From: a virus
Reading direction: 5' to 3' (one strand)
Virus record (IMG/VR): IMGVR_UViG_3300018984_000002
Span: 102,777-127,110 of that record
DNA: 24,334 nucleotides
Every line of letters starts with the position of its first letter. Within the stretch, counting starts at the first letter, position 1. The notes below the pieces were generated by a model. That model was not told where the DNA came from, did not search any database, and worked only from the letters and a program-made list of their open reading frames with translations. Positions 8,360-16,024 of this stretch are shown here, piece by piece. Position numbers and translations under genes: made by a program.

Positions 8360-8539
8360 CTAATCCTTTAATTTAAAGCCAGTAATTGTTCTATCTATTT
8401 CACCATTTTCTAGTAACTCATGTACTACTTCTTCATAATTATTGTCATAACCTTGTTGTACAGCTTTTTCATACAATTCAGGTTTACTAACTTCGCCTTC
8501 AGATAGTGTGTCTAAGATATAATCTCTTGGGTCATTCAT
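8360..8539 (-). CDS. small protein (59 aa), possibly a minimal winged helix; not in the ORF track
   Basis: Manual translation MNDPRDYILDTLSEGEVSKPELYEKAVQQGYDNNYEEVVHELLENGEIDRTITGFKLKD*; fills the intergenic gap exactly. Confidence 0.7.
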   Translation of the reverse strand: MNDPRDYILDTLSEGEVSKPELYEKAVQQGYDNNYEEVVHELLENGEIDRTITGFKLKD

Positions 8540-8572
8540 AGTTGATTAAGTAAAATAAAACAACAGTAATAA

Positions 8573-8610
8573 GAGTCCGAAATAAATAGTCACCTTTATA
8601 TTTCGGACTC
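8573..8610. repeat. GTCCGAAATA-family inverted repeat (copy 4)
   Basis: GAGTCCGAAATA ... TATTTCGGACTC, 12-bp perfect arms, intergenic. Confidence 0.85.
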
Positions 8611-8621
8611 ATAACTCTTAC

Positions 8622-8873
8622 TTAAAACGGTTGTTCGTCGTAGTCTACTAAATCTACGGTTTTGATGTAGGGCAGATATACCTTTCTTTTACGATAGTAT
8701 TTCCAGTCTATTTCTTCATTAGCTACAAATACGCTTACCCAAATAGCTGAATTTACTTGAATCAAAAGAGAATTAGTTCCTAGTAAATTTGTCCAACAAG
8801 TTAGCTGCCCAGAAAGATTACTTCCTGCTCCAGACCAAACTTCTGTAAATCCAATTGGTGGAATATTATCCAT
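8622..8873 (-). CDS. hypothetical protein (83 aa)
   Basis: ORF track; overlaps the upstream gene stop by 8 nt. Confidence 0.65.
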   Translation of the reverse strand: MDNIPPIGFTEVWSGAGSNLSGQLTCWTNLLGTNSLLIQVNSAIWVSVFVANEEIDWKYYRKRKVYLPYIKTVDLVDYDEQPF

Positions 8874-9225
8874 TATTAATCTTCTTTGATAAAACTAAGC
8901 CAAGCTCACCAGTCCAAGGAAAATCAGGTGCTGCTTTATATCTAAAAACATACCATTGATAATCTTTCTGGTAAATCTGAAATAGAATGTTAAAGTGTTG
9001 CAGCAATGCGTTTAACCTAGATTTAGTTGTTACAGTTCTATGATTAGCATCTTTTAGAATAATAAAATCATCATAAGCGATTATTGCAATTAAATTATTA
9101 AACAACCTGACTTCTATTAGTTTGTTATCTAACTGTAGTACTTTAGTGTTATTTTTCTGCCATGCTTTACCTGTAATGTAAACACTTTTAATTGCATTAC
9201 ACATTTCAGATTCTATTTTTCTCAT
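8866..9225 (-). CDS. conserved phage hypothetical protein of a family I recall from cyanophages
   Basis: MRKIESEMCNAI...W..NNT.V...VRLFNNLIA...TVTTKSRLNALL...IYQKDYQWYV pattern, recognised from memory. Confidence 0.75.
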   Translation of the reverse strand: MRKIESEMCNAIKSVYITGKAWQKNNTKVLQLDNKLIEVRLFNNLIAIIAYDDFIILKDANHRTVTTKSRLNALLQHFNILFQIYQKDYQWYVFRYKAAPDFPWTGELGLVLSKKINNG

Positions 9226-9536
9226 AGTAACACCAGTTTTACGGCGTCTTTATTAGTTGTTAAATGTAAGTCTTTAACTGCAATATCATCTGGTTCTAAT
9301 TCAAAACAATCTAAAGCTACAACAAACAACATATTAGACAGACAACAATTGTCTTTATTTACATGAAAATTTAATTCGTGTGTTAGAAACGTAGTTACAG
9401 TAATACCGCAAATATATTCATTCCACCACTGATAATACAGTTCTTTAGGAACGATAATTAATATATTTGAATAAGATTGTTTAATTTCATTAGCTGTTTC
9501 TGTAATCTTTTTTAATACTGATTCTGTATCTATCAT
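9222..9536 (-). CDS. hypothetical protein (104 aa)
   Basis: ORF track; ATGA-type overlap with the next gene. Confidence 0.7.
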   Translation of the reverse strand: MIDTESVLKKITETANEIKQSYSNILIIVPKELYYQWWNEYICGITVTTFLTHELNFHVNKDNCCLSNMLFVVALDCFELEPDDIAVKDLHLTTNKDAVKLVLL

Positions 9537-9546
9537 ATTGATTTAA

Positions 9547-9574
9547 GCCCACCTTAGTTTTAATTAAGGTGGGC
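9547..9574 (-). terminator. stem-loop closing the JAB-E2-E2-E1 operon
   Basis: GCCCACCTTA / TAAGGTGGGC 10-bp stem 15 nt after the stop of 9590..10186; the U-tract is weak. Confidence 0.55.
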
Positions 9575-9589
9575 AATAAAGTTTATTAA

Positions 9590-10186
9590 CTACATTGGTG
9601 GAAATGTCGGAGCAATAGGAGTCCCACGATGAACAATAATAGGTTCGTCTTCTTCACCGTCTAAGCCATTACCAAATTCATCTATGTCTGTGTCTTCGAG
9701 TTCTTCTTCTTCTTCGTCGGTATCCAAATCTGGCACACGTACTATATTGTTAGCAAGCTCATTTTGCACAGCCATTAGTAGTGGGTCATCATCTCCAACT
9801 GTAGCTACAGGTTCATCAATAATACCTTGTAGTTCATTTGCAACTTGTTGCAGATTATCGTTACCTTTTGTTTTCTTTTGAGGAATCCATTTAGATTCCA
9901 AAATTGCACTAAATCGTCGCAACAATTCTACTGGTTCTGCTTTAAATTCTTGCAGTTGTACTACCATGTCTGCATTAGATTCAACACCCAAAACATACAG
10001 AATGCTAATTGCTAGTTGCAAACGCTCTTTTGTTCCTTGTTCTGCAACAGAAGTAACGTAATTAATTAATGAACGTTTTGCTGGTAGTTTTACGGTGTCT
10101 TTTCTTACATACTGAGATGCCAGTTCACGAGCTTTCTCTTCAGATTGACCAGACTGAATTAGTAGGTTGTATAGGTTAAGATCCAT
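9590..10186 (-). CDS. helical protein with a highly acidic C-terminal tail; last gene of the ubiquitin-like operon
   Basis: AAGGAAA RBS upstream of ATG 10186; tail DLDTDEEEEELEDTDIDEFGNGLDGEEDE. Confidence 0.8.
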   Translation of the reverse strand: MDLNLYNLLIQSGQSEEKARELASQYVRKDTVKLPAKRSLINYVTSVAEQGTKERLQLAISILYVLGVESNADMVVQLQEFKAEPVELLRRFSAILESKWIPQKKTKGNDNLQQVANELQGIIDEPVATVGDDDPLLMAVQNELANNIVRVPDLDTDEEEEELEDTDIDEFGNGLDGEEDEPIIVHRGTPIAPTFPPM

Positions 10187-10216
10187 GTTCAATTTCCTTG
10201 TTGGTTTATTTAATAA

Positions 10217-11380
10217 CTAGAAAGGAGCAACAGCATTTAATTTTGTTCTTAATGCTTCTCTTTCAGTTGAATCTAAGGTCAAATCATTATAGTACTTATT
10301 TAGTAACTCTGTTGGAGAAGCTAATTGTACTTCTGTGGTGGGATTAGGTAAATCAGGTACTAAAGCGGGTGAGCTACTTGGTGGATTAATTTTTTCTTCT
10401 TCTTTTTTCTCAGCTATATGATGAGCAAGTAGCCCTTTACTTTGAGTTCTGTTTACATATTCTTTAGATATGTTTTCTAAGTAACTCTTCATCAACTTTT
10501 CTGGATCTACTAAAGTAGGCGAATCACTTGGCGGATTGATTTCTTTTTCCTCAGTTGTTTCTTCCTTTTTCTCAGCTAGTTTTTGCTCTAATATCTGTTG
10601 TCTTACCTCTACTAAATCAATAAGTTGACCCACAGGTTGCATTTGTCTAGTAGTCAAATCAAACTTTGTAAGCGGCTGAAATTTAAGCTGCTTAAACAAA
10701 CTAACAAACTCATTAAACATCAGTGTAGCTACTTGCTGATTCGCCATCACAGTCTGTGGCTCTGTCTGTTGCCGTTCTTGACAACTCGTTACACTAGGGT
10801 CTGCATTACGCACGTTTTCAAACAAAATACGAGGGTCTTGTCCTAATAATACTACAGTATCATCTATGGTTGTCTTGATGCAAGTTGTCACTTGCCCTGT
10901 ATATTCTGTGTTGCCACCATCAATAACAATAAAGTCTCCCTTATATTTCGGACCTTCATTTACGTATTTCCTTTCTTTAGCATCAAAAACACCCACAAGT
11001 TCTGACCAAATAGCATTCCTTGCCCTTGCCGAATCTACACACACAAACACTAGTATCTTTGCTTGCTGCTCTGACATTACTCCAATGTCTAATGGAAGGC
11101 TATCTACATCCAATTTAACGGGCAATGCTTCGACATACCCAAAACCGCTGGTGGCAATAAACTTACGTTTGATTACTTCAACCTTGGGTTTACCAGCTTC
11201 AAGCCGATCAAAGTCTTGACGTTCAGCATTTCTATCCTCAATGATATCATCATCAGCTAGAATTACACGCCGGGGATTAAAATGTGAAAATGGTATATAC
11301 TTTGCTAATAACTGACACAATTGACTACCAGTTCCACCTACTCCTACCACGTAGACGCTATACTCACTTAGTCTTAACAT
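10217..11380 (-). CDS. ThiF/E1-family ubiquitin-like-protein activating enzyme
   Basis: VVGVGGTGS (nucleotide binding), DDDIIEDRNAERQ, GKPKVEV, CVDSARAR, DGGN, putative catalytic SC in DPSVTSCQE...PQTVMAN. No CxxC zinc motifs, as in PRTRC-type ThiF. Confidence 0.92.
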   Translation of the reverse strand: MLRLSEYSVYVVGVGGTGSQLCQLLAKYIPFSHFNPRRVILADDDIIEDRNAERQDFDRLEAGKPKVEVIKRKFIATSGFGYVEALPVKLDVDSLPLDIGVMSEQQAKILVFVCVDSARARNAIWSELVGVFDAKERKYVNEGPKYKGDFIVIDGGNTEYTGQVTTCIKTTIDDTVVLLGQDPRILFENVRNADPSVTSCQERQQTEPQTVMANQQVATLMFNEFVSLFKQLKFQPLTKFDLTTRQMQPVGQLIDLVEVRQQILEQKLAEKKEETTEEKEINPPSDSPTLVDPEKLMKSYLENISKEYVNRTQSKGLLAHHIAEKKEEEKINPPSSSPALVPDLPNPTTEVQLASPTELLNKYYNDLTLDSTEREALRTKLNAVAPF

Positions 11381-11381
11381 A

Positions 11382-12125
11382 TTAATCTCCTACTCGTTTT
11401 AGACTGTAACCATCGAAGTGCATTGTATTTTCTTCGTCTGTATACCTTTGTGGATCTCCATAAGGTATAGTTTCAAACTCGCCAGGTTGAAAATGTTTGG
11501 GGCTATCTGTATCTAAAATCCACCTCAACTTTGTTTCATTATCGTTTCCAGAAGGGTCATAATCCCAGTATTGTTCTCTGGGTGACCAGTTTTCTACTAA
11601 ATATCTTAAATCTTCTCCTGAAAAATTATAGTCATCGTTGCGTACACAGTTAAAAAAATGACTATGTATATCAACTAAAAAAGTATGATCGTCTCTACTA
11701 CCTGAATATTCCCCTATGCAGAAGCTACCATCGGTGTCTACATTTCCTATGTACATAGGTAGCAAGCGAGTATTTAAATCAAACTCACCATTCGCTTCTG
11801 GATGAATACAATAAAAATAAGGTACATTACGCTTTAAAACCATTACGTAAGGTGGTACTCGTCTAGCTATATACTCTATTTTGTTTTCTGGTTTATACCC
11901 AAATCTACAATCATAATTCTGTATTACCTTTGTACCACCTTTGCAGATATTCGACGTGTGATATTTACATTGTCTGCAATGTGTGTAGTAACTTTTTTGA
12001 GATGTTATAGTTTCGTCAGACAATATTTTTAATACAACATCTACTTCGTCGCACAACATTGCAACCGTTTGAAGTTCTCCGTACAATAAACCTTTTGCGT
12101 TGTTTGGAGTTCTAAATCTAGTCAT
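11382..12125 (-). CDS. prokaryotic E2-like (UBC-fold) protein, paralogue B, with a Cys4 insert
   Basis: LLPMYIGNVDTDGSFCIG matches the spacing of the E2 active-site signature (HP)N(I/V)xxxGxIC; later FFNCVRNDD; CxxC-x7-C-x11-C insert; lies between JAB and E1. Confidence 0.75.
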   Translation of the reverse strand: MTRFRTPNNAKGLLYGELQTVAMLCDEVDVVLKILSDETITSQKSYYTHCRQCKYHTSNICKGGTKVIQNYDCRFGYKPENKIEYIARRVPPYVMVLKRNVPYFYCIHPEANGEFDLNTRLLPMYIGNVDTDGSFCIGEYSGSRDDHTFLVDIHSHFFNCVRNDDYNFSGEDLRYLVENWSPREQYWDYDPSGNDNETKLRWILDTDSPKHFQPGEFETIPYGDPQRYTDEENTMHFDGYSLKRVGD

Positions 12126-12128
12126 TAT

Positions 12129-12902
12129 TTAGTCTCCCATTCTTTTCAATAAAAATCTGTGAAATACAATTAAATCAGGGTTATCCAAATCTGTGTTGAA
12201 ACTGTTGTTAAATAACGCAGATTCGTAAGTTCCTGGTTCAAAAGTTCGCCAATTACTATTCGAGTTTATTCTCATTACTCTTTTGAAAGAGTTTAAACCA
12301 GGAATTCTTTTAAAATTTCCATTATTAGCTTGAAACTCAGGCAACCACTGTTTAACTAGTTCTGAAATTTTTAGATAACTATAGTTATAATCATTATTAC
12401 GTGTACAATTCAAAAAATGAAGATAATGTTTTTCTAAGAAGAGACACTCATTACTTAAATCTTCTAAGCCAGATCCAGTACAAAAACTTCCATCAGTATA
12501 CACATTACCCATCATAATTGGAAGTAGATTTGTGTTTAGAGATAAAGAATCTAAGTTTTGCCCTGGAGCAAAGCAATAAAAATAAGGTTCATACAATCCT
12601 TTTAAAACCATTAAATGCTGCGGTAGAGTCTTAGGTACATATTCAGTTTCTTTCAATCGTTTTGTTGACTTAAAACATCCTTCCGATAATTTCCTTAATC
12701 CACCAACACAAGTTTCTGTTATATACTTTTCACAAGGTCTACAAAGAGAATAAAAATCTTTCTGGCTAATATCATATTCTCCAGTATTTACTTTAAATAC
12801 CACATCTACTGGGTTACACCACATTGCTAAGTAGCGATTTTCTGCGTTATATAATAACTGTTTGCAATGTTTAGGAGTTTTAAATATTGCCATTGTAGTC
12901 AA
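12129..12902 (-). CDS. prokaryotic E2-like (UBC-fold) protein, paralogue A, with a Cys4 insert
   Basis: LLPIMMGNVYTDGSFCTG, FLNCTRNND, CxxC-x7-C-x10-C; alignable end to end with 11382..12125 (e.g. F.PG.(F/Y)E, LKR(M/V)GD). Confidence 0.75.
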   Translation of the reverse strand: MTTMAIFKTPKHCKQLLYNAENRYLAMWCNPVDVVFKVNTGEYDISQKDFYSLCRPCEKYITETCVGGLRKLSEGCFKSTKRLKETEYVPKTLPQHLMVLKGLYEPYFYCFAPGQNLDSLSLNTNLLPIMMGNVYTDGSFCTGSGLEDLSNECLFLEKHYLHFLNCTRNNDYNYSYLKISELVKQWLPEFQANNGNFKRIPGLNSFKRVMRINSNSNWRTFEPGTYESALFNNSFNTDLDNPDLIVFHRFLLKRMGD

Positions 12903-13842
12903 AGTTAAATTTATTTAAATTAGCAATAGTTTCTTCGATATCTTTTTGACTGTATTTAGTAAGTAAAGCTTCGACTATCTCATCTAAAGAATAGGTTGTA
13001 ATCACTTCACTTAAATACATCTGACCTATTAGGTTAGTAGAATCCCACAGATATTGTGAATTATTTACAGTCTTAGGTACATAGCCCACTTGACCTTGTA
13101 ATAAGTTGTAATTTTTATATTTAGGTACAACAGGCACAAAACGGCTTACTAAGTCATGCACCTTTGGAGAATAACTGGCGTTGTAAACTAGTATTTCTTC
13201 ACCATCTGAAATACCCTCAACAATTTCACTAACAGGTATATCTAATCTTTTGTTTCGAGTTCTTAAACCATCATTTACAACTACATTAGTTCGTAGTGTA
13301 AATACAGCTTTTTTGTCTTTACTACTACGCCAACAAGAAAATATACCATAGCCACAAGGTACATCCAATTCACCTGTACCTGGACGATTTGGAAATCCAT
13401 TGTCATCAATCCCACTTGGACCTGGTATATCGAATGGATGTACATGAAACTGCCAGAGGGTTAGCCAATTAATATCCGGCAAACTAACATCTTCTCCAGT
13501 CTCTAGATCACGAGCAATTTTATATTCAAATGTATCAACACTAGCCCCCGCAATAGTTTGAGTAGGAACAAATACTTTATGTGACTTCGTGTTGGGATTA
13601 TAGACTACTCTTGCGTGTACTTCTAAATTTTTACTAGCATAATCATAAAAAAACTTAGATAGTTTCTTGAATAAATAATCTGGAATTTTAGGGATACTAG
13701 GGCTTGGCTCAAAATGTTCTAATGCACTTTCGTCTAAGCTATTTGGTTCAGGTGTAGGGTCAAGCGCTAAGTAATGCCCATATGGTTTGATTTCTTTAAA
13801 ACAAATACGCAGCCCATTTGATAGTCTTATTGTGTTAGACAT
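12880..13842 (-). CDS. JAB/JAMM (MPN+) metallopeptidase, prokaryotic JAB / PRTRC protein A-like
   Basis: PKIP...E-VHARV...VPTQTIAGASV, and HVHPFDIPGPSGIDD = HxH-x7-S-x2-D JAMM motif. Confidence 0.87.
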   Translation of the reverse strand: MSNTIRLSNGLRICFKEIKPYGHYLALDPTPEPNSLDESALEHFEPSPSIPKIPDYLFKKLSKFFYDYASKNLEVHARVVYNPNTKSHKVFVPTQTIAGASVDTFEYKIARDLETGEDVSLPDINWLTLWQFHVHPFDIPGPSGIDDNGFPNRPGTGELDVPCGYGIFSCWRSSKDKKAVFTLRTNVVVNDGLRTRNKRLDIPVSEIVEGISDGEEILVYNASYSPKVHDLVSRFVPVVPKYKNYNLLQGQVGYVPKTVNNSQYLWDSTNLIGQMYLSEVITTYSLDEIVEALLTKYSQKDIEETIANLNKFNFDYNGNI

Positions 13843-13878
13843 AGTATTTAAAATATAAGTTGATTAGACATGAGTAAT

Positions 13879-13924
13879 AGTCCGAAATAATAAGGTTTAG
13901 TGGTTTCCCTATTTATTTCGGACT
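13879..13924. repeat. GTCCGAAATA-family inverted repeat (copy 5), directly upstream of the JAB gene
   Basis: AGTCCGAAATAA ... TTATTTCGGACT, 12-bp arms. Confidence 0.85.
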
Positions 13925-13937
13925 TTTTATTGTTGGT

Positions 13938-14654
13938 TTAAATTAATCCCAATATAAAAGCCAAAGCTTCATCTAAATAGATGATGTCACTACCAACATA
14001 AATAGTTTGATTTTTACTGTTCTTTGTGGGTTCAGACTGTTTACCCATTCTGTAGTATTGTGCAGCTTTCTTTCTTAATGCATCTAAATGAGTATTATCT
14101 AGTTTCTTTAAACGTAAGTATTGTTCTGCTGTAACTACTAAATCGTCTGCGTAATTATTTTTATTTTCTTCTTTTAAAACATCAGCACAACCCGGATGTA
14201 TAATACCTGCTAATTCTAGCTGTTGTTTCTCTTCTTGTAATTGATTTAATTTCTCGTGATCTACAGCCAAAACATTTAATTGTTGTTGCATCTGTTGCAT
14301 TAATTCTAAAAATGTATCTGGAATATTAGTTACTTGTTTAGCTACTTTTTCACATTCAAGGAAATACAATCTAACTTTATTCCCTTGTTCTGTTTTACTT
14401 AACATTGCCCACATTTTAAAACACTCTATTGTTAGAGATATTTTTTCTATGTTGGTTGAACCTATTTCTCGCTCCACAGTATTGTGGACTGAACTAAAAT
14501 CCACACCTTCAATAAAACCAGAATTTAAAAATGCACGTTTAGCACTATCTTTCCTGGAATAACCTAACCAAACAAAAGCGGCATCAAAATCAACTGGAAA
14601 TTGTTCGTCAGATTCTACTAACTGTTTTGCAACATCTAAACTAAATTCAGTCAT
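13938..14654 (-). CDS. phage antirepressor-like (AntA/KilA-N-related) DNA-binding protein with coiled coil
   Basis: FPVDFDAAFVWLGYSRKDSAKR...GFIEGVDF...LTIECFKMWAML..TEQG.KVRLYFLECEK, followed by a Q-rich coiled coil. Confidence 0.8.
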   Translation of the reverse strand: MTEFSLDVAKQLVESDEQFPVDFDAAFVWLGYSRKDSAKRAFLNSGFIEGVDFSSVHNTVEREIGSTNIEKISLTIECFKMWAMLSKTEQGNKVRLYFLECEKVAKQVTNIPDTFLELMQQMQQQLNVLAVDHEKLNQLQEEKQQLELAGIIHPGCADVLKEENKNNYADDLVVTAEQYLRLKKLDNTHLDALRKKAAQYYRMGKQSEPTKNSKNQTIYVGSDIIYLDEALAFILGLI

Positions 14655-14655
14655 A

Positions 14656-14952
14656 TTATTTCGGACTCCGTACTCGTTTTATATTTAATGTTTTACCAAA
14701 ATTTGTATGTGCTACAACCACATATTCTTGTACATTATTTGCATTCATATGAGAAGCATCAATTCCTGCAAGAAAAGGATATTGGTTTAATAAAGACTGT
14801 CTGCATTTTTCAACAGAATCTCCTTTAACTAAATCAATAGTATGTATGTCTCTATCTAGCATATATGCCATCATCCTTTTCATTTCATTTAGACCATCTT
14901 GAAATGCTTTTCCAGTAATTAAAGTCAGAATAGCTTCTATTGAGAATTCCAT
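14656..14952 (-). CDS. conserved phage hypothetical protein (likely start MEFSIEAIL at 14952)
   Basis: FSIEAILTLITG...C..SLLNQYPFL pattern; the shorter start removes the overlap with the upstream gene. Confidence 0.65.
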   Translation of the reverse strand: MEFSIEAILTLITGKAFQDGLNEMKRMMAYMLDRDIHTIDLVKGDSVEKCRQSLLNQYPFLAGIDASHMNANNVQEYVVVAHTNFGKTLNIKRVRSPK

Positions 14953-14983
14953 AACTAAGCTTTTATCCACTACTACTTTTTCA

Positions 14984-15223
14984 TTAATTTTCCCAAACCG
15001 TAAAATTAACATCTTCTATTTGTTTAGAAGCTATTAGCTCTAAATCGTCTTGCAGTTGTTCTGTTTCAACATTATCAAAGTCTTTATCTAACTTGATACT
15101 AGAAAATTGGTTTATTAATTTAGCTGCCGCTGGTTCTATGTATTTCTTATCGCAGTATTTTTTGAATTCTTCTTCTGTAACATAATATGTTTTATGTATT
15201 AAAACTTTAATTACTTTAACCAT
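14984..15223 (-). CDS. small hypothetical protein (paralogue of 15226..15456)
   Basis: IKVLIHKTYYVTEEEFKKY...DDLELIASKQIEDVNFTV. Confidence 0.7.
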   Translation of the reverse strand: MVKVIKVLIHKTYYVTEEEFKKYCDKKYIEPAAAKLINQFSSIKLDKDFDNVETEQLQDDLELIASKQIEDVNFTVWEN

Positions 15224-15225
15224 AA

Positions 15226-15456
15226 TTAACTATGTACGATTAAGTTTATTTCTTCCTTTTGTTTGTCTACCAAGGAAGTTAGTTCATCTAATAGGCTAGA
15301 ATTTATAACATCTCTAGCATCCTCAGCTAAAAAGAAATCAGAGCTATAAACTCTGGTAGCTACATCCCCATATCCATTTGTTTTTAAATAAACTAAAAAT
15401 TCTTCGTATGTTAAAACAATCTTTTTAGTTAATGTAACTTCTATCATGTGTGCCAT
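15226..15456 (-). CDS. small hypothetical protein (paralogue of 14984..15223)
   Basis: IEVTLTKKIVLTYEEFLVY...DELTSLVDKQKEEINLIV; AGGAA RBS. Confidence 0.7.
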   Translation of the reverse strand: MAHMIEVTLTKKIVLTYEEFLVYLKTNGYGDVATRVYSSDFFLAEDARDVINSSLLDELTSLVDKQKEEINLIVHS

Positions 15457-15481
15457 TTCAATTCCTAAATTAAAAAAGAAA

Positions 15482-15509
15482 ACAGAGTAGAGCCTAAACC
15501 CTACTCTGT
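15482..15509 (-). terminator. intrinsic terminator after Ubl-2
   Basis: ACAGAGTAG/CTACTCTGT stem followed by TTTCTTTTTT on the minus strand. Confidence 0.8.
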
Positions 15510-15539
15510 ATTAACTAACCTAGACAATAAAAAAATATC

Positions 15540-15923
15540 TTAGCCAGCAGTACCACTGGATTGTTGCAAAGAATATTCACTGTCTTCGTCTACAGTTTCT
15601 TCTGCAACTTCAGTATAAGCACTAGCATTGTTTGTTTTAGTATCCAGAATCGTCAATTCATTTACATTAACAGTCAAGCCTAAAAGCTTAACTGCTTGTG
15701 CAACAATTTCACGCACACTAGTACCTTTCTTGGTTTTGATTTCTTGTGAATTAAAATTAACACTAACTTTGACAGTAATGTCACCATCCGATTCCGAGAC
15801 TTGAGATACTTGTGCAGTTACGCTTTCAGTATTTTCAGTAGGCAAAGAAATAGAATCACTGTTATTACTAACGTTAGTAGAAGCAAACTTAGAAAAGAAA
15901 TTAGAGAAGATATTGTTAGACAT
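15540..15923 (-). CDS. ubiquitin-like (beta-grasp) protein 2, 127 aa (start MSNNIF at 15923)
   Basis: ITVKVSVNFNSQEIKTKKGTSVREIVAQAVKLLGL...LTILD...VDEDSEYSLQQSSGTAG* fits the strand-strand-helix-strand beta-grasp pattern with a terminal Gly; AGGAAA RBS. Confidence 0.78.
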   Translation of the reverse strand: MSNNIFSNFFSKFASTNVSNNSDSISLPTENTESVTAQVSQVSESDGDITVKVSVNFNSQEIKTKKGTSVREIVAQAVKLLGLTVNVNELTILDTKTNNASAYTEVAEETVDEDSEYSLQQSSGTAG

Positions 15924-15967
15924 TTGAGTTTTCCTAGAATAAAGTAAAAGTAAAAGTGAAAAAGAAA

Positions 15968-15995
15968 GCATAGCCAAGTAAAATCTCAGCTATGC
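15968..15995 (-). terminator. intrinsic terminator between Ubl-1 and Ubl-2
   Basis: GCATAGC/GCTATGC stem followed by TTTCTTTTTC on the minus strand. Confidence 0.65.
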
Positions 15996-16024
15996 AAAGC
16001 TAACCTAATTGAACTCAACCTACC

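Noticed and set aside
10217-11380. ThiF/MoeB for thiamine or molybdopterin biosynthesis
   Set aside because: Lacks the CxxC zinc pairs, has no thiG/moaE neighbours, and is flanked by E2-like and JAB genes, which points to protein conjugation.
15924-15977. Signal-peptide-like N-terminus (MAMLSFSLLLLLY) on Ubl-2
   Set aside because: It is the translation of the terminator hairpin and U-tract. The RBS and alignment with Ubl-1 place the start at 15923. The extensions on thyA (2535-2597) and 18228-18287 are similar artefacts.
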